From the NCBI GenBank assembly GCA_045616485.1, contig JAZLGU010000044.1, positions 897-64,896 on the forward strand: a DNA stretch of 64,000 bases, given 5' to 3'. Under the pieces are notes generated by a model, which saw only the letters and a list, made by a program, of their open reading frames with translations, made no database searches and had not been told where the DNA came from. The position numbers and the translations under genes are program-made. Shown here one piece after another: positions 34,898 to 45,292 of this stretch (the stretch's first letter is position 1; each line of letters starts with the position of its first letter). This stretch comes from Lachnospiraceae bacterium (GTDB lineage Bacteria > Bacillota > Clostridia > Lachnospirales > Lachnospiraceae).

Positions 34898-35611
34898 CTA
34901 TATCGTATAATCCCTTTTACCAAAAATACCGGTGCCTACCCTTACATGAGTCGCCCCTTCTTCAATAGCTATTTCGTAATCATTAGTCATTCCCATTGAC
35001 AATATATTCATAGAAATATTATCCGCATTTTCCGAATTAATGTCAACCATTAATTGTTTTAATTGCCTAAATATAGGTCGATTTTGCTCAGCATCCTCTA
35101 CATATGGTGCTACAGTCATTAACCCTTTTATATTTAATCCCGGCAAAGCCAGGATATCCTTTATACTTTCTTTAATATTAGTAGCAGAAAAGCCGGACTT
35201 TGACTCTTCTTCACCAACATTCACTTCCAGAAGAATATCTACCGTTACTCCTTTTTTTGTAACGAAGTCTGAAACAGCTCTGGCCGTCTCGTAACTGTCA
35301 ATAGAATGTATAAGAACCGTAGTATCATATACATATTTAATCTTATTTTTCTGTAATTGCCCAATCATATGAAAATGGGCCTTATCCTTATAAGTAGTAT
35401 CTTGCAATAAAAGATACTTATCTCTGATTTCCTGAGGTCTGTTTTCGCCAAACTCCGTAAGTCCAAAAGCCGCAGCCTCGCATAAATCCTCAAAAGGCTT
35501 TGTTTTACTTACTGCAATCAAGGTGACTTCAGAAGGATTTCTGCCACTTTTTTCACAGGCAGTTTTTATTTTATCATAGACCTCTAAAATGTTGTCAGTA
35601 ATATAACTCAT
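34898..35611 (-). CDS. ylmE: YggS/YlmE-family PLP homeostasis protein
   Basis: LIAVSKTKP (PLP Lys), FGENRPQE, HMIGQLQKNK, SMGMTNDYEIAIEEGAT.VRVGT.IFG. Confidence 0.9.
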   Translation of the reverse strand: MSYITDNILEVYDKIKTACEKSGRNPSEVTLIAVSKTKPFEDLCEAAAFGLTEFGENRPQEIRDKYLLLQDTTYKDKAHFHMIGQLQKNKIKYVYDTTVLIHSIDSYETARAVSDFVTKKGVTVDILLEVNVGEEESKSGFSATNIKESIKDILALPGLNIKGLMTVAPYVEDAEQNRPIFRQLKQLMVDINSENADNISMNILSMGMTNDYEIAIEEGATHVRVGTGIFGKRDYTI

Positions 35612-36987
35612 TAGTAAATTACCATGCCTTCCGTAACTTCTTTGCCATTCACAGATATATGGTCATAAATCTCCAGACCGCCTACTGTACCGGTTTTGAT
35701 AATAACATAGCCGTCGTTCTCATCTACTTTTTCAATACGTCTGAAAATTGCATAGCCATTATTAACATTGTAGACACCCTCTACCAGCATCTTAAAGGCG
35801 CTGAGACTGGATTTATTACTTAAATCCTTATCAAAAATATACTTATTATCAGCTATCTGACTGGCATCTATGTATTTAAATTCATCCTGACTGTAAAATA
35901 CCTCCACTATGGTTGTATCATTTTGTACAGTACCGGTATCCTGATTATAATTTTCCACCTTGATAGTCCAGTTGCCTTCTTTGTCCCTGGTAAAATAAGA
36001 ATCAGGTATTCTGTAATATTCCCTGTAGCAAATACTGCTGGAAGGAATTTTAAGGCCTTCTACATCGTCTATATCAAAAATTATATCTAAGAATCTGTAA
36101 GCTGAATAGCGCATTACGTACTTATCCATATTGATATAACAATAATATTCAGAATTCTTAATCTGTGGATCTATATCCACCGTAAGCCTATCTTCATCAT
36201 TTATAATAATATCTGCTTTTTTAAGATTACGAAGACGCAGATACATTTTTTCATCTATTAAAATAGCGATAGTCCAATAAGGTGATGTCACCATCTTATA
36301 TGCAGGAGAATCAATGGTGGTCATCTCAGAGGTATACACATATTTACTTTCATAATCCTTTGAAAAATAGGATTTGTTTATATCTTCAAGCTTTAAAGTA
36401 CTATAGTCATCTACATAGTAGGAAACAAATCCCGCCTGCTTGGCTTTAACTACTTTAAAGCCGGTAATAGTACCATTATCTTTAATTATCTGATTAAGAT
36501 TTTCCAGCACTTCCTTATCCAATTGTCTGGAATATACAGTAGATATTTTGTCCTGAAGCCTTTTATAATCGTCCTGTGAATCACACTCTCTATATAAAGT
36601 GTTAATAGTCTTTTTAAGCTGTCCTAAAGCCTCATCAGAGAGGCGAATCTCAGCATTCTGGTCCTGTAGATAGCTGTATATATCTTTATTGGAGCCAATA
36701 GAATAAACAGCTCCTCCCTTCTGTACTCTGTCCCCTTCCAGAAAATAGTGATTAATATAGCCTGCTGTGGTAGTATATACTACCTCTTCTTCTCTAAAAA
36801 TATATCCTTTAAAAGTCTGCTTGGTATAAACCTTACCGGCCGGGACTTCATAGATTGAAATCTCATCCTTGCTATAGTAAATAACAATTTTAATAACAAG
36901 ATACAACAAAATAAAGGCAAAGATAACTATGCCGATGTTGATATCTCTATATGTTCTATTCTTACTTTTAGCATTTCTGACTGCCAA
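35611..36987 (-). CDS. membrane-anchored protein, HlyD/barrel-sandwich-like (tentative)
   Basis: Single N-terminal TM helix. GDRVQKGGAVYSI and a C-terminal GKEVTEGMVIY resemble lipoyl-like hybrid motifs. The assignment is weak. Confidence 0.35.
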   Translation of the reverse strand: MAVRNAKSKNRTYRDINIGIVIFAFILLYLVIKIVIYYSKDEISIYEVPAGKVYTKQTFKGYIFREEEVVYTTTAGYINHYFLEGDRVQKGGAVYSIGSNKDIYSYLQDQNAEIRLSDEALGQLKKTINTLYRECDSQDDYKRLQDKISTVYSRQLDKEVLENLNQIIKDNGTITGFKVVKAKQAGFVSYYVDDYSTLKLEDINKSYFSKDYESKYVYTSEMTTIDSPAYKMVTSPYWTIAILIDEKMYLRLRNLKKADIIINDEDRLTVDIDPQIKNSEYYCYINMDKYVMRYSAYRFLDIIFDIDDVEGLKIPSSSICYREYYRIPDSYFTRDKEGNWTIKVENYNQDTGTVQNDTTIVEVFYSQDEFKYIDASQIADNKYIFDKDLSNKSSLSAFKMLVEGVYNVNNGYAIFRRIEKVDENDGYVIIKTGTVGGLEIYDHISVNGKEVTEGMVIY

Positions 36988-37019
36988 ATTTAAACCTCAA
37001 ACAGAAACAAAACCATATA

Positions 37020-37047
37020 ACGGCCCGATAAATTAATACCGGGCCGT
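37020..37047 (-). terminator. GC-rich hairpin after the small P-loop gene
   Basis: ACGGCCCG / CGGGCCGT 8-bp stem with a 12-nt loop. The sequence downstream on the minus strand is T-rich. Confidence 0.5.
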
Positions 37048-37055
37048 CAAACTCC

Positions 37056-37475
37056 TTACAGTGAAACTGTTACAAATCCCTTTGCATCTTCAGGAAGTGC
37101 TGAAGCATTTGCAGATACACTTAACACAAAATCTACATTGAATGAGCCGGAAAGAACATCCAATTTCTTCAATATAGCACTAATATCAGTAACAGGAACA
37201 TTGGCACAAGTTAGGAAAGAATCCAAATAAATGGAAGTGATATCGTGGTTCTGAGAAAGCATACCGCTTATAAAACCAACAAACTCTGAAGCTTCTGAAA
37301 TGAAATAATCCATAGCGTTGATAAGACGAATCTTTTTATCCAGCTCATACATGTGTTTTGTGTTCTTATCAATGTAAATGACAGAACCTCTGGATGTAAG
37401 TACATCTGAATTGGCCTTATCAAGAATAATCTTGGTCTTGCCTTTTCCCTTTTCGCCTGCAATGATTGAAATCAT
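37056..37475 (-). CDS. small (139 aa) P-loop protein of unknown function
   Basis: Walker A GEKGKGKT at residues 7-14 and a hydrophobic-Asp stretch SIYLDSF (Walker B-like). Confidence 0.5.
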   Translation of the reverse strand: MISIIAGEKGKGKTKIILDKANSDVLTSRGSVIYIDKNTKHMYELDKKIRLINAMDYFISEASEFVGFISGMLSQNHDITSIYLDSFLTCANVPVTDISAILKKLDVLSGSFNVDFVLSVSANASALPEDAKGFVTVSL

Positions 37476-37530
37476 AATAGTGCCCTCCTGATTATATGTT
37501 TTGTATTATAAATGCTTTCGCATAAATAAA

Positions 37531-37929
37531 CTAATTTTTATATAACTCTCTCCAGTCAAGATCACCACGGTCTAAAGCTTTTATTAAAAGCTCTGCAGTC
37601 GCAATATTGGTGGCAAAAGGAATATTATGCACATCACAAAGACTGATTATATCGAAAACATTGGGCTCGTGAGCCTTCATAGTCAAAGGATCACGAAATA
37701 AAATAACCAAATCGATTTCGTTATTTTCAATCTGCGCACCTATCTGCTGCTGGCCACCTAAACGTCCAGCCAGATACTTGTGTACAGGAAGTCCTGAAGC
37801 TTCTTCTATCATACGTCCTGTAGTACCTGTTGCATACAGACTGTGCTTGGATAAAATTCCTTTATATGCTACGCAGAAAGACTGCATAAGATTTTTCTTG
37901 GCATCATGTGCAACCAAGCCGATATTCAT
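37531..37929 (-). CDS. mgsA: methylglyoxal synthase
   Basis: MNIGLVAHDAKK..., ATGTTG, GPLGGD-like RLGGQQQIG, 132 aa. Confidence 0.9.
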   Translation of the reverse strand: MNIGLVAHDAKKNLMQSFCVAYKGILSKHSLYATGTTGRMIEEASGLPVHKYLAGRLGGQQQIGAQIENNEIDLVILFRDPLTMKAHEPNVFDIISLCDVHNIPFATNIATAELLIKALDRGDLDWRELYKN

Positions 37930-39104
37930 CCGAGGTAATCCTCACTTTCCTCTTTAATTTCCGTAACATGATTTATGGCTATGTTTTCCACCATCCCCAG
38001 CATTACATAACTGGAAAAAACCGAGCTGAGACCTGATGATACAAAAGGAAGCGGTATACCGGTATTGGGTAAAAGACTGGTAACTACTCCAATATTAACA
38101 AAGGCCTGGCTCATAAATATGGTGGCACAGCCAATGGCAATTAGCTTGCCCAATTTATCTACTGCTTTATAGCCGATACGCACGATGTAAAAAGTAAGCA
38201 ATAAATATAAGCCTACCATAACTATAGCTCCCAAAAAGCCAAACTCTTCGCCTATACCGGCAAAAATAAAGTCTGACTCAACAACAGGAACTGTGGTAGA
38301 AAGTCTGGGACCTGTATCACCTGTCAAAGTCTTACCTAAAAGACCTCCGGACCTGATACTGGCCATGGAATTAAGCTGCTGGTACATCTCTGCAGGGTAA
38401 TCCTCAGGATGGAGCCAGGACAGAATTCTTTTCTGCTGAGTCTCTGTAATAATCTTACAGCCCGGCTGCTGGACATACCAAAATCCAACAATAGCCGTAG
38501 GGATGGCAAATAATGCGCATCCGGAAAAAATCTTTATATTATAGCCTGAAGCAAAGAGCATTACTATAAATAAGGACACAAGTACAATACTTGTGGAAAG
38601 ATCAGGCTGTTTTAATACAAGGAATGTAGGTATTGCAAAAACAATACCAACTATAAATATAGTATACCACTTTTCTGCTCTTTCTTTAAGCATAAAATAT
38701 ATTTTTGCAAGAGCAATTATAAGTGCGAGCTTGGTAATCTCTGATGGCTGAAAGGAAACAATAATCTTATCTCCGGAAGTCAGTCCCAGCCAACGGGTAG
38801 CACCATATCTGTTAATACCAAATTTGGTAAACTTTACAGCTAATAATAAAAGTATATTTATAATATACAGAATTATCCAGCATTTTGCAATAAAACGATA
38901 ATCAAATAATGAAACAAATACACATAAAGCTACGCCAAAAGCTACACCAAGAATCTGCTTAATATATAGAGATTCATCCAGTACTCCCGGCATCAGATAT
39001 AAAGTAGCAGCTCCAATACCTCCAAGAATAATTGCTGCAACCACTATAACCAGGCTGTAGGATTTAAAATTGTAGGATTGGAGTCTGTACCATATCTTTT
39101 TCAT
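37926..39104 (-). CDS. rodA: SEDS-family peptidoglycan glycosyltransferase RodA
   Basis: Multi-TM FtsW/RodA fold with the QPSE(ITK) motif and ESDFIFAGIGEEFG; located within the mre/min cluster. Confidence 0.85.
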   Translation of the reverse strand: MKKIWYRLQSYNFKSYSLVIVVAAIILGGIGAATLYLMPGVLDESLYIKQILGVAFGVALCVFVSLFDYRFIAKCWIILYIINILLLLAVKFTKFGINRYGATRWLGLTSGDKIIVSFQPSEITKLALIIALAKIYFMLKERAEKWYTIFIVGIVFAIPTFLVLKQPDLSTSIVLVSLFIVMLFASGYNIKIFSGCALFAIPTAIVGFWYVQQPGCKIITETQQKRILSWLHPEDYPAEMYQQLNSMASIRSGGLLGKTLTGDTGPRLSTTVPVVESDFIFAGIGEEFGFLGAIVMVGLYLLLTFYIVRIGYKAVDKLGKLIAIGCATIFMSQAFVNIGVVTSLLPNTGIPLPFVSSGLSSVFSSYVMLGMVENIAINHVTEIKEESEDYLG

Positions 39105-39107
39105 AAA

Positions 39108-39365
39108 TTATCTTCTATTGCCTTCTTTGATTGGAATATTAGTATAAAGAGAACCCATATTGACGTTGCCGTCACGATTAACCTTAAGATCGAAATTGTC
39201 TTCATCAATGTCAATATACTTTTTAACAACATCGATAATTTCCATCTTCATCTGCTCCATGGTCTCAGGAGAAAGACCCAGTCTTTCCATATAGAGAAGC
39301 ATTTCAAGTCTGTTCTTCGCACTGGAGCTGGACTTCTTCTGTTTATTAAATAATGTAAACGCCAT
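39108..39365 (-). CDS. minE: cell-division topological specificity factor MinE
   Basis: 85 aa with SSSAKNRLEMLL.. N-terminus; follows minD. Confidence 0.9.
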   Translation of the reverse strand: MAFTLFNKQKKSSSSAKNRLEMLLYMERLGLSPETMEQMKMEIIDVVKKYIDIDEDNFDLKVNRDGNVNMGSLYTNIPIKEGNRR

Positions 39366-39379
39366 TATATAGTCCTCCC

Positions 39380-40165
39380 CTATTTTTTCTTCTTAAAGAG
39401 ATTGGTGAAAATATTGCCCTTTTTCTTAAGGTCAAGATATTCAACTTCTTCCCCTGTAACACGACGACAAATATTCATAAATGCCTTACCTGCAAGAGAA
39501 TCATCTCCAACAAGAGGAGTGCCCTGATTGGTAGAAATAACAATATTTTCATCATCAGGAACTACGCCGATAAGGTCAACGGAGAGAATATCAAGTACAT
39601 CGTTAGCAGACATCATATCGCCTCTCTCCACCATATCTACTCTAAGACGATTTACAATAAGATCATGCTTCTTAATCTCATTAGCATCAAGGAGGCCAAT
39701 AATACGGTCAGCATCTCTTACTGCCGATACCTCAGGTGTAGTAACTACAAGAGCACGGTCAGCACCTGCTATGGCATTCTTAAAGCCCTGTTCAATACCT
39801 GCAGGACAGTCAAGAAGAACATAGTCAAATTCAGCTTTTAATGTATCAGTAAGAGCCTTCATCTGCTCTGGTGTAACAGATGTTTTATCTCTTGTCTGAG
39901 CACATGGTAAAAGATAAAAATTATTAAATCCCTTAACCTTGATAAAAGCCTGATTAATCTTACACTTCTGCTCGATAACGTCTACAAGATTGTAAACTAT
40001 TCTGTTTTCCAATCCCATAACCACATCAAGATTTCTAAGACCGATATCCATATCGATCAAAACAACGCTCTTGTTGAGCTTTGCAAGTCCGGTACCAACA
40101 TTGGCTGTAGTAGTAGTCTTACCTACACCACCTTTACCGGATGTTACAACGATAACCTCTCCCAT
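39380..40165 (-). CDS. minD: septum site-determining ATPase MinD
   Basis: Deviant Walker A SGKGGVGKTT and a C-terminal amphipathic helix. Confidence 0.95.
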   Translation of the reverse strand: MGEVIVVTSGKGGVGKTTTTANVGTGLAKLNKSVVLIDMDIGLRNLDVVMGLENRIVYNLVDVIEQKCKINQAFIKVKGFNNFYLLPCAQTRDKTSVTPEQMKALTDTLKAEFDYVLLDCPAGIEQGFKNAIAGADRALVVTTPEVSAVRDADRIIGLLDANEIKKHDLIVNRLRVDMVERGDMMSANDVLDILSVDLIGVVPDDENIVISTNQGTPLVGDDSLAGKAFMNICRRVTGEEVEYLDLKKKGNIFTNLFKKKK

Positions 40166-40179
40166 TTTGAAGCCTCCAA

Positions 40180-41016
40180 TTAAATATTAATATCATTAAG
40201 AACCGTTTTGGTTGCGAGCTCAATTGCAATGGAATCATTCCTAATAATTGCAATAGACGGTTCGTGACTCTCTTTTTTTGAAGTATTGTCCCCTGCTCTG
40301 GCTACAACATCAGCTATTGACACCTGCATAGGCTGCATATTAAGAGCAAAAACAAAGGCTTCAGTATTGCCCTTGGCTCCGGCTCTGGCACTGCCTCGTA
40401 AAGTACCAAGAATAATAATATTGCCACCTGATACCACCTCTGAACCGGCATTTACATCACCTACTATCACCAGGCTGCTTTCATCTTCAAGAACAAAGCC
40501 GGATCTTAAATTACCCTTGTAAAACTTGGCTATATTGGAAATATCAGCAGGGCCGCTTTCAGAAAGACTTGCAGACAGCTCAGACAGCTTTTCATCTCTT
40601 TCAGCCACTTTACTGCGAAGGCTTGTGATCTCGGCTAAAAGCTTGTCCACATCCTCCTGGTATTTTTTTACCACAGCACTGTCCATAATGGACTTCCGGC
40701 GCTCTTCTTCTTCAGCCTCAAGGCTTCTCTCAACAGCCGCTTTAAATCTTTCTTCCGTACCCAGAGAAAAATCCATAATACAAATACATTTAAAATTGCC
40801 GGCTGCAGCAATAGTCTTGGTCAGCTCCTCTTTCTCAAAATCAGAAAGAAGCTTGCCTTCAAAGCCAACCGCTATTTTTTGATTGGAAAACATTTTGGAG
40901 GAAGCAAAAAGCTCTCCGGCTTCAGCCCTGGCCTCTTCAAAAGAAGCACTGGGTGTAACAAAAACAGTGATTCCGTATTTATTTCCTTTTAGTGAAACAA
41001 GTCTACCCAAAATCAA
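40180..41016 (-). CDS. minC: septum site-determining protein MinC
   Basis: C-terminal beta-helix repeats (VIVGDVNAGSEVVSGGNIIILGTLRG.A.AG); synteny with minDE. Confidence 0.85.
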   Translation of the reverse strand: MILGRLVSLKGNKYGITVFVTPSASFEEARAEAGELFASSKMFSNQKIAVGFEGKLLSDFEKEELTKTIAAAGNFKCICIMDFSLGTEERFKAAVERSLEAEEEERRKSIMDSAVVKKYQEDVDKLLAEITSLRSKVAERDEKLSELSASLSESGPADISNIAKFYKGNLRSGFVLEDESSLVIVGDVNAGSEVVSGGNIIILGTLRGSARAGAKGNTEAFVFALNMQPMQVSIADVVARAGDNTSKKESHEPSIAIIRNDSIAIELATKTVLNDINI

Positions 41017-41036
41017 TGTCCTCTCTTAAATTATAT

Positions 41037-43856
41037 TTAGTCCGGAACCGCAATAATCTCTGACTCCGCACCATCATTACCTGTAGAAATATTATAATAT
41101 CTGCACATTACGCGACCTGCCAGTACACCGGAATTGGAGCCGGAATGGCCATTACCAATATAACATGCCAATGCTATCTCAGGATTATTCATAGGATAGA
41201 ATGATATATGAAGAGATGATGCAGGCTCGTAATTGGAAATCTCGGCTGTACCGGTCTTACCACATGCAACTCCCGGCAGGGCCTGGAAGGATTTTTTAAT
41301 ATTACTGTAGTACTGAATACTCCCCTTCATACCCTCATGAATCTGCTTCCATGCTGCAGAGCTAACAGAAGTAATCTTTCTGACTACCTGTGGCTCCTGG
41401 GTATAGACTACATTATCATCCTTATCAGTAATCTTTTTAATGATAGTCATATCATAGACTGTCCCCTTGGTAGCTATTGCCGTAACATACTTTGCCATGG
41501 AGACAATGGTAAATTTATTACCATATCCAATAACAGCTCGGATAATATCTACCTTTGCAGGCTCAGAAGAAGCTTCCGGTATCTCAATACCTGATCCTTC
41601 TGTAAAGCCAAACATTTTGGCACAGTCAGTAAAATAATCAATACCGCGCTGGTCAGAATAAGAAGACGCCCCCTTCATACCCAGTCTGTATCCTATTTCG
41701 AAAAAGTAATAGTTACAGGAATTGGTAATAGCCTGAGCCATATTCTGATACTTATGACCGTAGGATACCCAACAGCTGGGGCTGGGGTCAACCTTGGTAA
41801 AAGTAATCTCATCGTAGATACTTTCATTCGGGGTAACAACTTTATTCATGTCACCCAGACATGCTATCATAGGCTTTATTGTAGAGCCTGTAGGCGTTCT
41901 GACCTGAGTAGCACGACTGTACATAGGGCTGGAATAGTCATTTACCAATGACTGATAGTAGTCCCAGTCTATCTTATTGGCCAGATTATTATTATCAAAA
42001 GACGGGTAAGTAATAACAGCCAAGTACTCACCGGTCCTGGTATCTGTCTGTACTACAGCACCACTGCAGGGCTGAAGTGCCAGCTGTGCTGGTGTAATAT
42101 CCAGATTTTCAATTTTTTCTTTTATAAAATCACAGGGGTTCAAAACTCCTCTGTTCAAATTATAATATTCAGTACCGTTATATTCTAACACATTCTGATC
42201 AAATAATAAAAGACAAATTTGCTTAGCTGTAAGCCTAAATTCAAAGATCAGCGTTCTGTAAATCATAAGGTCATAGACACTGTTGTCATCCAGACACATA
42301 AAGGTCTTTTCCATGAGTATCTTATAAATCTCTTCTGTAGTCAGATACTGACCGGAAATACCTAAAGCTCCCAGATCGATCCATTCTGAATCAATAGCAT
42401 GGACTATATACTCATAAAACGAAATACGATTATTAAAATAGTCCAGATAAACCAAATCATTTTCATTAACATTGGCAGCAGGGAAATAACCCTTTTTATG
42501 CATACAGTCATAAAAATAATCCAGATAATCTCGCATCGTCTTGGTAAGTGTAGTGGCCTTTTTGGTATTGCCCCATGCCACGTACTGTGCCAGCATTTCT
42601 CTTACGTAATTATCATAATTTTCGTACTGCCTGTAAATACTTTTTTCCAGCTCTGTAGCTTCTGTACTGTAAAAATGGTTTATGTCCAGAGTATGATTTT
42701 TAAGGAGGGCATAATATACTTCATAAACAGGAAGAATAATATAGTCAGATGACTCACCTCTGGTACCATAATCCAGATTGGAAACAATACTGGATACAAG
42801 TACTTCAGCGATACGCTTTTCCAATAAATCGTAATAATCCTTTTGCAGCTCAGCGTCTAAAGTTAAGTAAATATTCTGTCCCGGAACAGGCTCAGAAATA
42901 ATCTCTGTAGAAATAATCTTGCCATTTCTCATAACAAGCTTTTCAACGCCTTTTTTACCGGCCAGTATTTCTTCCTGGGTAAGCTCGAGGCCCATTTTAC
43001 CCACATGGTCCGTAGATGTATATGTATTCTTGCCTGACTCCTTAAACTCTTCCAGCTCATTTTCATTAATGAGACCTGTATAGCCAAGAATATGCGAAAA
43101 ATACGTACTATAGTTGTAGACTCTTCTTGTCTGCTGGGAAATAGACACTCCCGGCATATCTCCTGAAGCCTCCATAATAGCAGCGATACATTTTTCATCT
43201 ACATTGGATGCCATGATATACTGCTGAGACTTATCAGTACTGGTAAAGTAGTAATATCTCACCATAACAATATCCAGCTTTTCCTCCAGGGAGTAGTCAT
43301 CTGAAACATTGAACATTGCCGTACTTTTATTACCATGACAAAGAAAATCGAACAATTCTTCAGCTGTAGAAGCCTTCTGAACTTCATCAAGATCCTTTAC
43401 GCTTCTGAGTCCATAGGCATTTTTCTTAAATCTAAGTAAGGCATTGCCCTCTATATTGTACTGAAGGCTGCCGTCTTCTGCTATTTCAATGGCAAAAGAA
43501 AGCTCAGGAGCAAAGCCACATTTTCTTAAGGTAGTACAAAGCCTGGAAATCATGGCATTTTTTTCTGTGGAATTTTCAAAGAGATCGGTATCCTGAAGGA
43601 AAACAGCATATCTAAGCTCATTGTAAGCAAGCAGTCTTCCCTTGGAATCATAAATAAGGCCTCTGGTAGCCGGGATATATCTTTCCATAACTGTAATAGT
43701 ATCATTAGACCCACTCTCACTGGAGCCTGCCTGTACTATCTGCATGGAGTAAAGTCTGTAAGAAAGTACAAATGCCAAACCTATAAAGACCAGATATATG
43801 TAGAAAATTCTTGAAGTAAGAACCCCTTTTATTGTTTTAATTATTTGTGAAATCAC
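41037..43856 (-). CDS. mrdA: penicillin-binding protein 2 (elongasome transpeptidase), unusually long at 939 aa
   Basis: SxxK (GSTIKP), SxN (NSCN) and KTG (GKTGTA) motifs; N-terminal TM helix; located between mreD and minC. Confidence 0.85.
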   Translation of the reverse strand: MISQIIKTIKGVLTSRIFYIYLVFIGLAFVLSYRLYSMQIVQAGSSESGSNDTITVMERYIPATRGLIYDSKGRLLAYNELRYAVFLQDTDLFENSTEKNAMISRLCTTLRKCGFAPELSFAIEIAEDGSLQYNIEGNALLRFKKNAYGLRSVKDLDEVQKASTAEELFDFLCHGNKSTAMFNVSDDYSLEEKLDIVMVRYYYFTSTDKSQQYIMASNVDEKCIAAIMEASGDMPGVSISQQTRRVYNYSTYFSHILGYTGLINENELEEFKESGKNTYTSTDHVGKMGLELTQEEILAGKKGVEKLVMRNGKIISTEIISEPVPGQNIYLTLDAELQKDYYDLLEKRIAEVLVSSIVSNLDYGTRGESSDYIILPVYEVYYALLKNHTLDINHFYSTEATELEKSIYRQYENYDNYVREMLAQYVAWGNTKKATTLTKTMRDYLDYFYDCMHKKGYFPAANVNENDLVYLDYFNNRISFYEYIVHAIDSEWIDLGALGISGQYLTTEEIYKILMEKTFMCLDDNSVYDLMIYRTLIFEFRLTAKQICLLLFDQNVLEYNGTEYYNLNRGVLNPCDFIKEKIENLDITPAQLALQPCSGAVVQTDTRTGEYLAVITYPSFDNNNLANKIDWDYYQSLVNDYSSPMYSRATQVRTPTGSTIKPMIACLGDMNKVVTPNESIYDEITFTKVDPSPSCWVSYGHKYQNMAQAITNSCNYYFFEIGYRLGMKGASSYSDQRGIDYFTDCAKMFGFTEGSGIEIPEASSEPAKVDIIRAVIGYGNKFTIVSMAKYVTAIATKGTVYDMTIIKKITDKDDNVVYTQEPQVVRKITSVSSAAWKQIHEGMKGSIQYYSNIKKSFQALPGVACGKTGTAEISNYEPASSLHISFYPMNNPEIALACYIGNGHSGSNSGVLAGRVMCRYYNISTGNDGAESEIIAVPD

Positions 43857-44361
43857 GATCTTCTACACCTTCAAATTTTAATAGCAGTCTGTGAATAATA
43901 TGAAAAACAGGATAAAGTACCAGTCCTACCACAATGGTATATACCGTCCTCGGCATCAGGGTATTGAAAAACAGCATGCCCAGCTCCAGCTTTCCCTGCA
44001 AAAAGAAACCTGTGAGATAGCTTAAAAAATTAAATAAAAGCTCTCCTGCACCTATGAGTAAATGAGGAATAATGTAATCCTGCTTGGCATATAGCTTGTG
44101 GGCATAGCCCGCAAGAAAAGCAATTATCATATAAAGAATAGATGTAATGCCAATATTACCTGAGGAAACTATATCCAGTAAAAATCCGGAGAAAAATCCC
44201 AGTATCACAGCCTGATTCTGTCCTTTAAAATAAGCCACGGAAATAACTAAAATAATAAGAATATCAGGCATAACGCCTGATATTACAAAATAGCTGAATA
44301 CACTTGTCTGTAAAAGCAGGCATATAAAAAGCTCAATTATTGTTACTATAATTCTTAGCAT
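43837..44361 (-). CDS. mreD: rod shape-determining protein MreD
   Basis: 174-aa polytopic membrane protein downstream of mreC. Confidence 0.8.
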   Translation of the reverse strand: MLRIIVTIIELFICLLLQTSVFSYFVISGVMPDILIILVISVAYFKGQNQAVILGFFSGFLLDIVSSGNIGITSILYMIIAFLAGYAHKLYAKQDYIIPHLLIGAGELLFNFLSYLTGFFLQGKLELGMLFFNTLMPRTVYTIVVGLVLYPVFHIIHRLLLKFEGVEDRDFTNN

Positions 44362-44385
44362 ATGCCCCCTAAATAATCATAAATA

Positions 44386-45276
44386 TTAATCTTCTGTATC
44401 ATTAAGCTGTGTAATGATAAGAACTGTCTTCAAATGCTCAAAATCTACTGCCGGAACCAGTGTGCCTTTCATGGAAAGATTACTGGAATCTATATGCACC
44501 TCAGTAACATAGCCTATAAGAATACCCGGAAGAAACTGGTCTGAAATATGTGAAGTCACCACTTCTTCGTTATTAACCACATTGGCTCCCAGAGAAATCT
44601 GTGACAGATTGATACTTCCATCATTTTTCATGGTATTCATATTGCCGGATACTATGCAGGTGTCACCGGAAGAAGAAAACATACCGGAAATATTACTGTT
44701 ATCGTCAATAACAGCTCTTACCACGCTGGTACTTTTTCTGACTTCAGTAACAATGCCTACAAGACCATTTCCTGCAATAACATTCATACCTGCTTTAATA
44801 CCGTTTTTTGAGCCCTTATTAACGGTAAAAGTATTGTACCAGCCATTACTTTCTCTGGCTATAATACGTGCCTCTTCCTTGGGATACTCATAGTATTTTT
44901 TATCAGCGCCGTAAAGAGCTCTAAGCTCTTCCAACTCCTTTTTATCCTGTGAAGTCATCTGGGCCTGATTCTTAAGACTCTCCACCTGTCTTCTTAAATC
45001 TTCATTCTCATCACGAAGTTTTTGCATGTCATCCAAATACTTCATTCTGTTTGTAATGGCATTGCCTACACTGCTGACCCCTATCTGCATAGGAGAAAAA
45101 ACCATGTCCATGGCATTTTTTACAGGATTCAGAACCGAAGGAAATCTGAAAGATATAAACAAAAGTACTATGGATAAGAATGAAAAAACAAAGAGGACAT
45201 GTTTGGGGAGTATCTGTATATTAATCTTTTTCTCCTCGTTGCCGCTACGTCTTCGCCTTCTTTTAGCCATAAACAC
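44386..45276 (-). CDS. mreC: rod shape-determining protein MreC
   Basis: TM helix, coiled coil (LRDENEDLRRQVESLK) and beta-barrel domains (GLVGIVTEV..., PGILIGYVTEV). Confidence 0.9.
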   Translation of the reverse strand: MFMAKRRRRRSGNEEKKINIQILPKHVLFVFSFLSIVLLFISFRFPSVLNPVKNAMDMVFSPMQIGVSSVGNAITNRMKYLDDMQKLRDENEDLRRQVESLKNQAQMTSQDKKELEELRALYGADKKYYEYPKEEARIIARESNGWYNTFTVNKGSKNGIKAGMNVIAGNGLVGIVTEVRKSTSVVRAVIDDNSNISGMFSSSGDTCIVSGNMNTMKNDGSINLSQISLGANVVNNEEVVTSHISDQFLPGILIGYVTEVHIDSSNLSMKGTLVPAVDFEHLKTVLIITQLNDTED

Positions 45277-45292
45277 TAATCCTTATTAATTA

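Noticed and set aside
41037-43856. Unusually long PBP2 (939 aa) as a possible fusion or insertion
   Set aside because: The reading frame is continuous, all the transpeptidase motifs are present, and the extra length lies in the N-terminal pedestal region. Without alignment I cannot show that it is abnormal for this lineage.
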